A stretch of 62,075 bases of DNA, from assembly GCA_030535285.1 (NCBI GenBank), contig JAUMXX010000001.1:1-62075 (forward strand). The letters run 5' to 3'. A program made the position numbers and the translations under genes. Every line of letters starts with the position of its first letter. The first letter of the stretch is position 1. The DNA is from a bacterium. Its GTDB lineage: Bacteria > Bacillota > Clostridia > Oscillospirales > Acutalibacteraceae. Shown in pieces: positions 27,101 to 36,300 of this stretch. The notes under the pieces were generated by a model. That model was not told where the DNA came from. It saw only the letters and a program-made list of their open reading frames with translations, and did no database searches.

Positions 27101-28928
27101 AGTGAAAATAATCATAAATCCTCTGTGAAACCGAACGGTTTATTCCTTTAACTGCACCTATTTCTTCAACCGAAGCCTGTTTTATTGCTGCAACAGTTTT
27201 AAAGTGTTGTAACAATTTTTTAGCAGTCAACTCACCAACCCCTTCAATTTCAGTCAGCGTGGTAGAGATACTCTTGTTTGCGCGTCGCTTGCGGTGATAT
27301 CCTATAGCAAAGCGATGTACCTCCTCTTGAATAGTTGAAACTAAAACAAATGCACGGTGATTCGCCTTAATCGAAACGTCTCTGTTATCCTGAGTAATCG
27401 CACGTGTTTTGTGTTTTGAATCCTTTACCATTCCAAAAACCGGGACCTCAATTTCAAGCTGCTCCAACTTTTGTTTTACCGCCGAAACCTGTCCACGACC
27501 GCCATCAACCAGAATCAGATCCGGCAAGCGCCCAAAACCAGATTCGCCTTTCTCGCTCTTTTTATACTCTTCAAAACGTCTTTCTATAACCTCCTGAAGA
27601 GAACGGTAATCGTCGTTGCCCTCAAAACTTTTTATTTTAAAAAGCCTATATCCTGCTTTGTGCGGTTCCCCTTTAAAAAAGGTTACCATTGCCGCTACAC
27701 TTTCTTCACCCGCTGTATGTGAAATATCATATGCCTCAATATATTCAGGGGATTTTTCCAAGCCCAGTATTTTTCTTAATTCATCAATTGCCGCAGCCTT
27801 ACTGCCCTTTGTCCCGGTACTCTGCGCCAACCGTTCGGCAGCGTTTGAAAGGCACATTTCAACCAACAACCTCTGCTGACCTTTTTGCGGTATGATAATG
27901 CTAACCTTTTTACCACTGATTTTGCCCAACCACTCCTGCAGCAATTCCCGATCCTCAACCTGTGAGTCTATCACCACTCTGGGTGGTATGTCACGGTTCA
28001 TGGAATAATATCTTCTCAAAAATTCGCCTCTTGCCTGCGAACCGTCTTCAACCGAATCGGTCAAAAACTCATATCTATCACACAATGCAGAGTTTCTGAA
28101 ATTCAAAACTTCAAAACAAGCCAGTTCGTTATCCGACACAACCGCAATTACATCTTGATTGGGATAGGTTGAAGCAATAACCTTCTGACGCTCTTTTATT
28201 TTTTCAATTGACCTTATGGCATCGCGAAGTCTTGCCGCCCTCTCAAATTGAAGTTTCTGCGCGGCATCCTGCATCTGTACTTTCAACGAAGCAACCATAT
28301 CGGATGAGCCGTTCTTGATAAAGCTGACAGCCTGCTTAACTGCATCGCAGTAATTCTCCCTGTCAATCTTGTGGCAACAAGGAGCACAACAATTGCCGAT
28401 GTAAAAATTAAGGCAGGGGCGCGAATGTTTTGTTTGCTCTGAAAAGTTTTTTGCACACTGAGGAATTTTGAAAACCTTTTTTGCCTGGTCAACCGTTTGG
28501 TTTACAACAAATGCTGAGTTGTAGGGACCTATATATTCAGCATCGTCCTCATCCTTCTGTTTGACCGCAAAAAAATTGGGGTATTGCTGATTTGTGATCT
28601 TAATATAATGATACCCCTTGTCATCTTTCAATAAAATATTATACTTCGGAGAGTGCTGTTTGATGAGCGAACATTCTAAAATCAGCGCCTCAAACTCGCT
28701 GTCGCAAACTATATACTCAAAATCGTCAATGTTAGAAACCATACTTCTAACCTTGTCGTTATGCTGCTTTCCGCTTCCGAAATACTGACTGACGCGATTC
28801 TTAAGATGCTTCGCCTTGCCTATATAAATTATCTTTTTATGGCTGTCACGCATCAAATACACACCGGGAAGCAAAGGCAGACTATTTGCTTTTTTTCTTA
28901 ATCTGTCAAGTGTTTCCCTGTTGATCAA
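27099..28928 (-). CDS. uvrC: excinuclease ABC subunit C
   Basis: It has an N-terminal GIY-YIG domain (PGVYLMRD...IIYIGKAKHLKNRV), a UvrBC-interaction domain and a C-terminal (HhH)2 domain. Length is 609 aa with a TTG start. Confidence 0.95.
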   Translation of the reverse strand: MINRETLDRLRKKANSLPLLPGVYLMRDSHKKIIYIGKAKHLKNRVSQYFGSGKQHNDKVRSMVSNIDDFEYIVCDSEFEALILECSLIKQHSPKYNILLKDDKGYHYIKITNQQYPNFFAVKQKDEDDAEYIGPYNSAFVVNQTVDQAKKVFKIPQCAKNFSEQTKHSRPCLNFYIGNCCAPCCHKIDRENYCDAVKQAVSFIKNGSSDMVASLKVQMQDAAQKLQFERAARLRDAIRSIEKIKERQKVIASTYPNQDVIAVVSDNELACFEVLNFRNSALCDRYEFLTDSVEDGSQARGEFLRRYYSMNRDIPPRVVIDSQVEDRELLQEWLGKISGKKVSIIIPQKGQQRLLVEMCLSNAAERLAQSTGTKGSKAAAIDELRKILGLEKSPEYIEAYDISHTAGEESVAAMVTFFKGEPHKAGYRLFKIKSFEGNDDYRSLQEVIERRFEEYKKSEKGESGFGRLPDLILVDGGRGQVSAVKQKLEQLEIEVPVFGMVKDSKHKTRAITQDNRDVSIKANHRAFVLVSTIQEEVHRFAIGYHRKRRANKSISTTLTEIEGVGELTAKKLLQHFKTVAAIKQASVEEIGAVKGINRSVSQRIYDYFH

Positions 28929-28951
28929 AACGCTCAGCCCTTCCTTAAAAA

Positions 28952-29884
28952 TTATACCTTTTTCACTGTTGACGCATACTGCTTTAATCCAATCTTAATT
29001 GTGCTGGGTACCAAAAATCTTACAGCAGATTTTGCAATCTCAAATTTAACACTTTTTCTATACGCTATCTCTCCGTCATAATTGACCGGAATCTCTTTAT
29101 CGCAATCTATCTTGATTTCTGAGCAGTTTCCATATCTACAGTAATTCTTATCAATATGTCTGCCCTTGATGTATGCAGGCAGTATTGACAACATTCTGAT
29201 TTTCGAACGGGTTTGTATAACCGAAAACTCTAACTTGTTATCATACGTCACCGCCGTCGGTGCGCTGCGATAGCCGCCCCCATAGTACTGACCGTTTGCG
29301 CAAACCGCAAAAAGACAAGGAATCTCAGGCAACTGTTGCCCGTCAATTGTTATCCTAAGCCTTTGATTGAACTTTTTAAAGAAGGTATAAACCACCGACA
29401 GATTGTATGCCAACGCTCCTTTGGATATTTTTTTGAAAATGCGTACATTATCTGCAACCATGGCATCCATACCACAGGAACACTGGTTTAATGCATACTT
29501 GTCCTCAAACTTAATTAAATCAATGTCAATTACATTCCCGCTAAGTTGTGCCGACAGATCAAGAAAGTCCTGACGCGTGCCGTATGACTTAATATAATCA
29601 TTTCCCGTTCCACAGGGAATAACCCCGAAAATTACATTCTTAAATCCAACCAGTCCGTTAATTACCTCCTGGTTTGTTCCGTCACCACCGCACGAAAAAA
29701 CCGTAACCTCATCGCCAACCGATGCCTCTTTCCTGGCAAGTTCATTGGCGTGACCCGCCCTTTTTGTGTAATAAATTATGTATTGACTAGAACTTTCAGC
29801 AAAAAACGACCTGATTTGAGCAACCGTTTTTTCAATAAATTTACCCTTGCCGGCTTTTGGATTTACAATGAAAACATACCGCAT
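28952..29884 (-). CDS. diacylglycerol/lipid kinase family protein (YegS/DagK-like)
   Basis: It has MRYVFIVNPKAGKGK, GGDGT and a C-terminal lipid-kinase fold. Length is 310 aa. Confidence 0.85.
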   Translation of the reverse strand: MRYVFIVNPKAGKGKFIEKTVAQIRSFFAESSSQYIIYYTKRAGHANELARKEASVGDEVTVFSCGGDGTNQEVINGLVGFKNVIFGVIPCGTGNDYIKSYGTRQDFLDLSAQLSGNVIDIDLIKFEDKYALNQCSCGMDAMVADNVRIFKKISKGALAYNLSVVYTFFKKFNQRLRITIDGQQLPEIPCLFAVCANGQYYGGGYRSAPTAVTYDNKLEFSVIQTRSKIRMLSILPAYIKGRHIDKNYCRYGNCSEIKIDCDKEIPVNYDGEIAYRKSVKFEIAKSAVRFLVPSTIKIGLKQYASTVKKV

Positions 29885-29893
29885 TTTTCATCC

Positions 29894-31018
29894 CTACTTT
29901 TGCCTGAAATACATATAATATTGACATTTTATCATACCGTTATATAATTTGCGGCGCTTATCGGCACAGCGCCCAAAAAACTCTTCAAACTGATCATGGG
30001 GACTTATTACAAAATATTTTCTGTTCGGCTGAGCAGAAAACACCCTGCCCATTTCTTTATAAAGTCTTTCCGACTCGGCAATATCAAGAAGCCTTTCACC
30101 GTAAGGCGGATTTGTAATTACAATGGCCCTGTCTTGACAAATTTTAAAATCTTTTATGTCTGCAACCTCTACACTGACAAGTTCACCAACGCCTGCTTTG
30201 CGGGCGTTTTCTCTTGCGATTTTAACACACTCAGGATCAATATCAGAACCGTAAGCATGAAAGTCAACCCTGTCCAATTCAAAAGAGCGTGCCCGTTCTT
30301 TTTCCTCAATCCAGACCCGACGATCAATAAAAGGGAATCTCTGAGCAGCAAAAAAACTGTTGATTCCGGGCGCCTTCTTTTTGGCCATGAGCGCCGCCTC
30401 GATAAGTATGGTTCCGCTACCGCAAAACGGATCGTAAAGAATAGTATCCGAAAAAATTCGTGCCTGGTCACACATTGCAGCAGCAAGCGTTTCTTTGATC
30501 GGAGCAAGATTCGACTTTTCTCTATATCCTCGCTTATGCAGCCCCATTCCCGAGGTGTCTATCATTATTGTAACCTGATTTTTCATTATCGAAAACTGAA
30601 TCTGCACCTTGGCTTTTGTTTCGGAAAACCAATCAATTTTATATACTGTTTTTAAACGTTCTACAACTGCTTTTTTAATAATCGACTGACAGTCAGGCAC
30701 GCTATGAAGTTGGGAATTCAGGCACCAACCCTTAACCGGAAACGAATCATCCTTTCCGATAAACTCCTCAAAAGGCAACTGCCTCACCGCATCAAACAAT
30801 TCACTAAAACTCTCGGCATGAAAACTGCCTACATTAATTAAAATCCTCTCGGCAAATCGCGAGCAAATATTTGCCCTTGCCAGCATATTGCCGTCACCGG
30901 TAAACAATACTCTACCGTTTTCAGCCATAACATTATTGGCCTGTAAACGACGTAACTCATCCGCAAGGATTCCCTCTATTCCAAACCCACAAGGTGCAAC
31001 CATTTTATACTCTGTCAT
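29894..31018 (-). CDS. THUMP-domain class I SAM-dependent RNA methyltransferase (YpsC/RlmL-N-like)
   Basis: An N-terminal THUMP region is followed by DPFCGSGT and NPPYG motifs. Length is 374 aa. Confidence 0.85.
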   Translation of the reverse strand: MTEYKMVAPCGFGIEGILADELRRLQANNVMAENGRVLFTGDGNMLARANICSRFAERILINVGSFHAESFSELFDAVRQLPFEEFIGKDDSFPVKGWCLNSQLHSVPDCQSIIKKAVVERLKTVYKIDWFSETKAKVQIQFSIMKNQVTIMIDTSGMGLHKRGYREKSNLAPIKETLAAAMCDQARIFSDTILYDPFCGSGTILIEAALMAKKKAPGINSFFAAQRFPFIDRRVWIEEKERARSFELDRVDFHAYGSDIDPECVKIARENARKAGVGELVSVEVADIKDFKICQDRAIVITNPPYGERLLDIAESERLYKEMGRVFSAQPNRKYFVISPHDQFEEFFGRCADKRRKLYNGMIKCQYYMYFRQK

Positions 31019-31867
31019 TTATTTTATAACCTCTGTCTTATGTCGTGTAACGTGGCATCCAATATTGACCGCAACGGGCAATCCCGCAATATGTGTTGCC
31101 CCATACTCAATATTCAAACCAATTGCAGTAGTGTCACCGCCAAATCCCTGCGGGCCTATCTGCAGTTCATTTATTTTTTGTAATAACTCAACCTCAAGTT
31201 GTGCATATTCGGGATTACTGTTTCTGACATCAATACCGCGGCACAAAGCCTTTTTAGAAAGCAAAGCGCACTGTTCAAAATCACCGCCGATGCCAACCCC
31301 GATTACCATTGGCGGACATGGATTACTCGCCGCTGATTTTACGAATTCAATTACGGTATTTATAACCCCCTCGCGACCATCAGCAGGAGTCAGCATCCGA
31401 AGTTTGCTCATATTTTCACTGCCAAAACCTTTGGGAGCAACCGTTATACGCACACTGTTACCCGGCACAATGGTAGTATGTATTACCGCCGGGGTATTGT
31501 CATTTGTATTGACACGAAATAACGGGTCGGCTACTACTGATTTTCTCAAAAGCCCTTCGGTATAACCTTTGCGCACCCCATCGTTAACAGCATCCTCTAA
31601 ATTGCCGTTAATGAAATGTACATCTTGTCCAACCTCAATAAACACAACCGCCATTCCGGTGTCCTGGCAAATCGGAATGTTTAACTCCTTTGCAGCATCA
31701 ATGTTTGCAAGAATATCGCCCAGAATTTCCTTTGCCAATGTGTTGCTTTCGGTTTTACAACCCCTGCAAATACCGTTGGCAACATCCTGCGGGATATCCT
31801 TATTTGCCTCAATACACAATCGGGCAACAACCTGTGTAACTCGTTCTAAATCAATCGTATTAATCAT
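31019..31867 (-). CDS. Fe-S type hydro-lyase, alpha (N-terminal) subunit: class I fumarate hydratase / L(+)-tartrate dehydratase family
   Basis: It carries ICQDTGMAVVF, VAPKGFGSEN and GCHVTRH, and is 283 aa. The ATG at 31867 overlaps the upstream stop (ATGATTAA). The ORF-track extension to 32002 would overlap the amidohydrolase by 143 nt. Confidence 0.85.
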   Translation of the reverse strand: MINTIDLERVTQVVARLCIEANKDIPQDVANGICRGCKTESNTLAKEILGDILANIDAAKELNIPICQDTGMAVVFIEVGQDVHFINGNLEDAVNDGVRKGYTEGLLRKSVVADPLFRVNTNDNTPAVIHTTIVPGNSVRITVAPKGFGSENMSKLRMLTPADGREGVINTVIEFVKSAASNPCPPMVIGVGIGGDFEQCALLSKKALCRGIDVRNSNPEYAQLEVELLQKINELQIGPQGFGGDTTAIGLNIEYGATHIAGLPVAVNIGCHVTRHKTEVIK

Positions 31868-33044
31868 TTTGTTTACCACCGTAAATAAACTTTCCCTCAC
31901 ATACAACCGCACACGGATCAGCATAGCAAGACAGGGGATTTTTCTCAAACACAACCAAATCCGCATCCATCCCCGGTTTAATGCTTCCCACACGGTTGTC
32001 AATTCCGCAAATTTTTGCCGGAACGGTTGTTATAGCCCTCAATGCATCTTCTTCAGCCAGTCCCGCCTTCACTGCAAGCGCTGCGCACAAAACTAAGTAT
32101 TGTGCCGGAATGACCGGATGGTCGGTTATAATTGCTGTTTTGACACCCTTTTCAACCAAAGCTGCCGCCGTTTTAGGCGTCAGCGCAGACATTTCGGGCT
32201 TTGACCTGTCACACAAAATCGGACCGCACAACACCTCGGCGTTTTCTTGCGCTAAAATATCGGAAATTCTTGACCCGTCAGTGCAGTGAACTATGCAATA
32301 GTCAAGTTCAAATTCCTTTGCTATGCGAATTGATGTAAAGATATCATCGGCACGGTGAGCGTGAAAATGCGCCTTTACTTCACGTTTTAGCAGCGGAATC
32401 AAAGCGTGACACTTAATGTCAAATTCCGGAGCATCAGTATCACTGTCATTCTTGCTCTTTTCCAGCAAACTCAGATACTCTTTCGCCCTTAAAAGCTGCT
32501 CTCTGATAACCGCCGCTGTGCCCATTCGGGTCATTGGTGTCTGGTTTTTTTCATTATATACACTCTTAGGATTTTCCCCAAGCGCAAACTTAACACCTAA
32601 CGGAAATTTGACAATCATATCATCAACCCGTCTGCCGAAGGTTTTTAATGCCACCATTTGTCCGCCGACGGGATTTGCGCTTCCCGGACCGGTTACAACC
32701 GTAGTTATTCCTGCAGCAAGCGCCTCGCTGAAGCATTTGTCTTCCGGATTTATTGCATCTATAGCCCTTAAATGCGGTGTGCAGGGAGAGGTTTCTTCAT
32801 TTCCGTCATCACCCTCAAAACTCAGTGAATCCTCCCACATTCCGATATGTGAGTGGGCATCTATAAATCCGGGATAGACCGACATTCCGGACAGATCAAT
32901 CTTTTCTCCATTATCTTCAATTTGGCAATCAGGACCACCAACTGCAACGATTTTTCCGTTTTCAATTTGTATCCAACCGTTTTCTATTATTCCTTTTTCA
33001 TCCATTGTGTAAATTTTTGCGCCATATAGTAACAACTTTTCCAC
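31860..33044 (-). CDS. metal-dependent amidohydrolase family protein (COG1228-like)
   Basis: The segment YPGFIDAHSHIGM contains the HxH metal site. It has a TIM-barrel amidohydrolase layout and is 394 aa. Confidence 0.8.
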   Translation of the reverse strand: MEKLLLYGAKIYTMDEKGIIENGWIQIENGKIVAVGGPDCQIEDNGEKIDLSGMSVYPGFIDAHSHIGMWEDSLSFEGDDGNEETSPCTPHLRAIDAINPEDKCFSEALAAGITTVVTGPGSANPVGGQMVALKTFGRRVDDMIVKFPLGVKFALGENPKSVYNEKNQTPMTRMGTAAVIREQLLRAKEYLSLLEKSKNDSDTDAPEFDIKCHALIPLLKREVKAHFHAHRADDIFTSIRIAKEFELDYCIVHCTDGSRISDILAQENAEVLCGPILCDRSKPEMSALTPKTAAALVEKGVKTAIITDHPVIPAQYLVLCAALAVKAGLAEEDALRAITTVPAKICGIDNRVGSIKPGMDADLVVFEKNPLSCYADPCAVVCEGKFIYGGKQND

Positions 33045-33128
33045 TTCCCCAATTACAACTAAAAAAGCAGACTAAGAACCACCGCCCACATTAGCAGGCT
33101 AAGGTCTAATCTGCCGCAATTTATTATT

Positions 33129-33560
33129 TTACTGTCCTCTTTTAGTGCGACGAGCCTCCGGATTCTTTCTCTTGAGTTCCGAAAACTTTTCTTCACTTGT
33201 CTGTTTGAACTTTGCCATCATATCTTCAAATGTCTCGGGACGGCTTTTTTTCTCAAAAAAGCCAAAGTTGCCCGACTGCTCCCTGGGCTTCTTAGGCTCA
33301 CGAACACGATGCTCTTCTGCCTGCGGCTGTGCCGCCCTTTTCATACTAAGACTAACCTTACCGTCTTCTGTAATATTTATTACCTTAACCTTTACAACAT
33401 CATTTACCTTTACATAATCTTGTATTGAACTAATGAAGTTTTGTGAAACCTCCGAAATGTGAACCATCCCGTTTTTGTTTTCACCAATATCAACAAACAC
33501 TCCATAATTTGTAATGCCGGTAACTTTTCCCTCAAGTATTTCTCCAATTGATAATTGCAT
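33129..33560 (-). CDS. yabR: S1 RNA-binding domain protein (YabR-like)
   Basis: It has an S1 fold (GEILEGKVTGITNYGVFVDIGENKNGMVHISEV) and sits after divIC, as in Bacillus. Confidence 0.85.
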   Translation of the reverse strand: MQLSIGEILEGKVTGITNYGVFVDIGENKNGMVHISEVSQNFISSIQDYVKVNDVVKVKVINITEDGKVSLSMKRAAQPQAEEHRVREPKKPREQSGNFGFFEKKSRPETFEDMMAKFKQTSEEKFSELKRKNPEARRTKRGQ

Positions 33561-33586
33561 GTAAAGTGTTTTCCTTTCTAGTACTC

Positions 33587-33886
33587 CTAATTGCCCGCAA
33601 GATCAACATAAACTTGCTCGTCTGAATAGACATACCCCAGTTTGTCCCTGGCGGCACGCTCGATAAAATCAGACTCTGTCCCGTTATCTAACAAAGACTT
33701 CAGCTCCGCCACCTTTATTGCAAGCTCATCCCTTTTTTTAGAAAGCTCGGCCAAATTTTTTCTGCTGCTGACAAGATCGACCTGAACCGTACCCAAGGAT
33801 ATAAGCATATAAACACAAAATAACAGCAAAACTATGCGTAAAAGAACACTCTTTTTCCTGTGTTGTTTTGCACCCATTTTTTTCAA
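33587..33886 (-). CDS. divIC: septum formation initiator (FtsB/DivIC family)
   Basis: It has a single N-terminal TM segment, a coiled coil, and a C-terminal ERAARDKLGYV motif. Confidence 0.85.
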   Translation of the reverse strand: MKKMGAKQHRKKSVLLRIVLLLFCVYMLISLGTVQVDLVSSRKNLAELSKKRDELAIKVAELKSLLDNGTESDFIERAARDKLGYVYSDEQVYVDLAGN

Positions 33887-33952
33887 TCCTTCACTTCAAA
33901 ATTGTCTGCCGAAAATCAAAATCGGAAAAACAAAACCCGCTTTTATACATAA

Positions 33953-34441
33953 TCAATTATTCTGCCTCTTTACAAAATGATTATACACCACCACGGATGA
34001 CTGTTTCAAGTATTTTTTGACCGCCGATATTATTTTTTTTAACAATATTAACCCTTTTTTCAATTCTTTTTCAATCATATTGAAAATTCGCCGACATATT
34101 TTTTTGGTAAACCGCAAAAATTTACCAACCTTTTTTAAAATAAACATCCATATTTTCATAAATATAACCGATAGGGTGTTCCTGCAAATTACAAACCCGA
34201 AGAGCTGTCCGATAAGCACAAACAACCGCACCTGACCGACGCACCGAAAAAACAAAAAACAATATGTCAAAAACGAAACGATTACAAAATATAAAATATC
34301 AATTATAAATGTTGAAAGCCACTTCTTTACCCTAAAAAAATGAATAATTCTTACTATATCATACAACAAACAGCAAACCGCACCTAGTCCGATAGACAGC
34401 AAAAATGAAACCGTTTGATCCGCTACATAAACCTCGCCCAT
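33953..34441 (-). CDS. yabQ: spore cortex biosynthesis protein YabQ
   Basis: This small multi-TM protein lies directly after yabP. The N-terminus (FLLSIGLGAVCCLLYDIVRI) is typical of the family. Confidence 0.75.
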   Translation of the reverse strand: MGEVYVADQTVSFLLSIGLGAVCCLLYDIVRIIHFFRVKKWLSTFIIDILYFVIVSFLTYCFLFFRCVGQVRLFVLIGQLFGFVICRNTLSVIFMKIWMFILKKVGKFLRFTKKICRRIFNMIEKELKKGLILLKKIISAVKKYLKQSSVVVYNHFVKRQNN

Positions 34442-34444
34442 ACG

Positions 34445-34726
34445 CTACCTGAAAATCTTCGAAAAAAGCGAACTGTTTTTTGTTTGATCGTTGGTGTAGG
34501 CCACTGCAACAAACTCACCTTCAATGCTTATATCACCCATATCAACATTGAAACTGTTAATGTGCAAATCCTTTCCCTTAACGGTCAGTTCACCCAATTC
34601 AGTATGTAGAATAACCGTTTGCTCATCAAAACTGTCAACATCTTTTATTCCGGAAACTGTCAACTTTCGACGGTTTTCCATTATTATATTGTGCTGTGTT
34701 GTGAAATTTCTTTTTTCTTCTGCCAT
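34445..34726 (-). CDS. yabP: sporulation protein YabP
   Basis: It matches the YabP core (HNIIMENRRKLTVSGIKDVDSFDEQTVILHTELGELTVKGKDLHI). The ATG at 34726 follows GGAGGGGG. Confidence 0.88.
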   Translation of the reverse strand: MAEEKRNFTTQHNIIMENRRKLTVSGIKDVDSFDEQTVILHTELGELTVKGKDLHINSFNVDMGDISIEGEFVAVAYTNDQTKNSSLFSKIFR

Positions 34727-34770
34727 AAAAAATCCCCCTCCATACATCAATATGAGAAAAGGGGGAAGGT

Positions 34771-35013
34771 TTATTCTATTATTCTGTACATTAACGCCGC
34801 TTTTTCTTTACCCACATGTTCGCTAACATCACAAACCTCAAATACAACCGTACGCGTGCCGAATGTAACACTTATTATATCGCCCGGCTTAACCTCATAG
34901 GACGCCTTTGCAACCTTTTCATTAACCCGAACCCTTCCGCAATCGCAAGCCTCGTTTGCAACGGTACGGCGCTTTATTATTCTTGAGGTCTTTAAATACT
35001 TATCAAGTCGCAT
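34771..35013 (-). CDS. rqcP: S4-domain RNA-binding protein (YabO/RqcP, Hsp15 paralog)
   Basis: MRLDKYLKTSRIIKRRTVANEACDCGRVRVN is an S4 motif. The protein is about 80 aa. The ATG at 35013 lies 8 nt after AAGGAG. Its position matches yabO. Confidence 0.85.
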   Translation of the reverse strand: MRLDKYLKTSRIIKRRTVANEACDCGRVRVNEKVAKASYEVKPGDIISVTFGTRTVVFEVCDVSEHVGKEKAALMYRIIE

Positions 35014-35107
35014 TCGCACTTTCTCCTTTATCCAAAATAAAAAATGACCGCCCCACACAAAACAACAAACTTCTGCTTTGTGTAAACGGCGGTCTGAAAA
35101 ACATTAA

Positions 35108-35380
35108 TTATTTAATTGCATCTTTCAAAGCTTTACCGGCTTTAAAAGCAGGAACCTTAGAAGCCGCAATCTTAATTGTTTCTTTTGTCTGCGGATTTCT
35201 TCCCATTCTTGCAGGACGGTTACGAACCTCAAATGTACCGAATCCTACAAATTGAACCTTTTCACCAGCCTTGAGTTGTTCTACGATTGTATCAACAAAA
35301 GCTGATACTGCACTGTCAGCGTCCTTTTTGCTGAGCCCTGCCTTTTCTGCTATTGCAGCAACGAGTTCTGTTTTGTTCAT
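35108..35380 (-). CDS. hup: HU family DNA-binding protein
   Basis: The sequence [21 protein letters not shown]...[22 protein letters not shown] matches HU. Confidence 0.96.
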   Translation of the reverse strand: MNKTELVAAIAEKAGLSKKDADSAVSAFVDTIVEQLKAGEKVQFVGFGTFEVRNRPARMGRNPQTKETIKIAASKVPAFKAGKALKDAIK

Positions 35381-35444
35381 TTATAAATCCTCCAATTTTT
35401 AAAATTGTATTCATACAGAGCGTCGCTCTGATTAGAACCTTATA

Positions 35445-36233
35445 TTAATTATCCTGCCACTTTCTTTTTAAAACTTCCCTTGGCTGTTGTTTCATATTAA
35501 GACCGGATTTGATGAATTCCTGCTCAACAGCAGAAAACTTATTAATAAATCTGTCGGTTGATTCCGCCAAAAGTTCCTCCGCATCAAACCCGTACAATCT
35601 GCAAAGATTTGCGGTGTCGGTAAGCAGATCACCCAAGGCTTGACGGCTTTGTTGTTCATCCTTGCTGTCGCCGAGTGATTTCACCTTTTCAACGGTTTGG
35701 GAAACCCTGCTCGCAACCGAATCTCTGCTGTCAAACTCAATGCCTGCTTTTTCTGCTCTTTTTAAAACCTTTTGCGCACGCATAAGAGCAGGGAATGCCT
35801 TGGGAACACTTTTCAGTGTGTCGGTATAGGTAACCTGTTGTTTTTCAACCTTTTTAATTGCATCCCAATTATTTAAAACCTCAACCGAATCATTAACCCT
35901 TGTATCACCAAAGACATGCGGATGTCTTAATATCAGCTTTTTGCAAATGCCATCAGTCACGTCATCAAAATCAAACTCATCAGCCTCATGTGCAATTTGT
36001 GAATGGAAGATCACCTGCAAAAGTAAATCTCCAAGTTCCTCGCACAAGTCGGTACTGCTTTGCGAATCAATAGCATCGGCTGCCTCATATGCCTCTTCAA
36101 TTACATTCGACCGTATTGAACTGTGTGTCTGCTCAATATCCCACGGACAGCCATCAGGCGAGCGAAGCAACTCCATAATTTGTTTTAAATCAGCAATACT
36201 ATATTTATCCTTAAAGGAAAATTTAATACCCAT
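35445..36233 (-). CDS. mazG: nucleoside triphosphate pyrophosphohydrolase MazG (YabN-like)
   Basis: It has tandem MazG domains with EExxE motifs (VIEEAYEAADAI, ELGDLLLQV). Length is 262 aa. Confidence 0.9.
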   Translation of the reverse strand: MGIKFSFKDKYSIADLKQIMELLRSPDGCPWDIEQTHSSIRSNVIEEAYEAADAIDSQSSTDLCEELGDLLLQVIFHSQIAHEADEFDFDDVTDGICKKLILRHPHVFGDTRVNDSVEVLNNWDAIKKVEKQQVTYTDTLKSVPKAFPALMRAQKVLKRAEKAGIEFDSRDSVASRVSQTVEKVKSLGDSKDEQQSRQALGDLLTDTANLCRLYGFDAEELLAESTDRFINKFSAVEQEFIKSGLNMKQQPREVLKRKWQDN

Positions 36234-36300
36234 AAATAAATTTCCTAATTGTTAATAAAAATTATTAAATATTAATAATTTTTTAATGATATACAATATT

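Noticed and set aside
29996-31565. Long plus-strand ORFs of 219 aa and 225 aa.
   Set aside because: They are antisense to the THUMP methyltransferase and the Fe-S hydro-lyase alpha genes. They have no RBS or recognisable motifs and are shadow frames of well-supported genes.
31868-32002. An N-terminal extension of the Fe-S hydro-lyase ORF.
   Set aside because: It would overlap the amidohydrolase 3' end by 143 nt. Family homology starts at MINTIDLERV, and the ATG/stop overlap ATGATTAA is a typical coupling junction.
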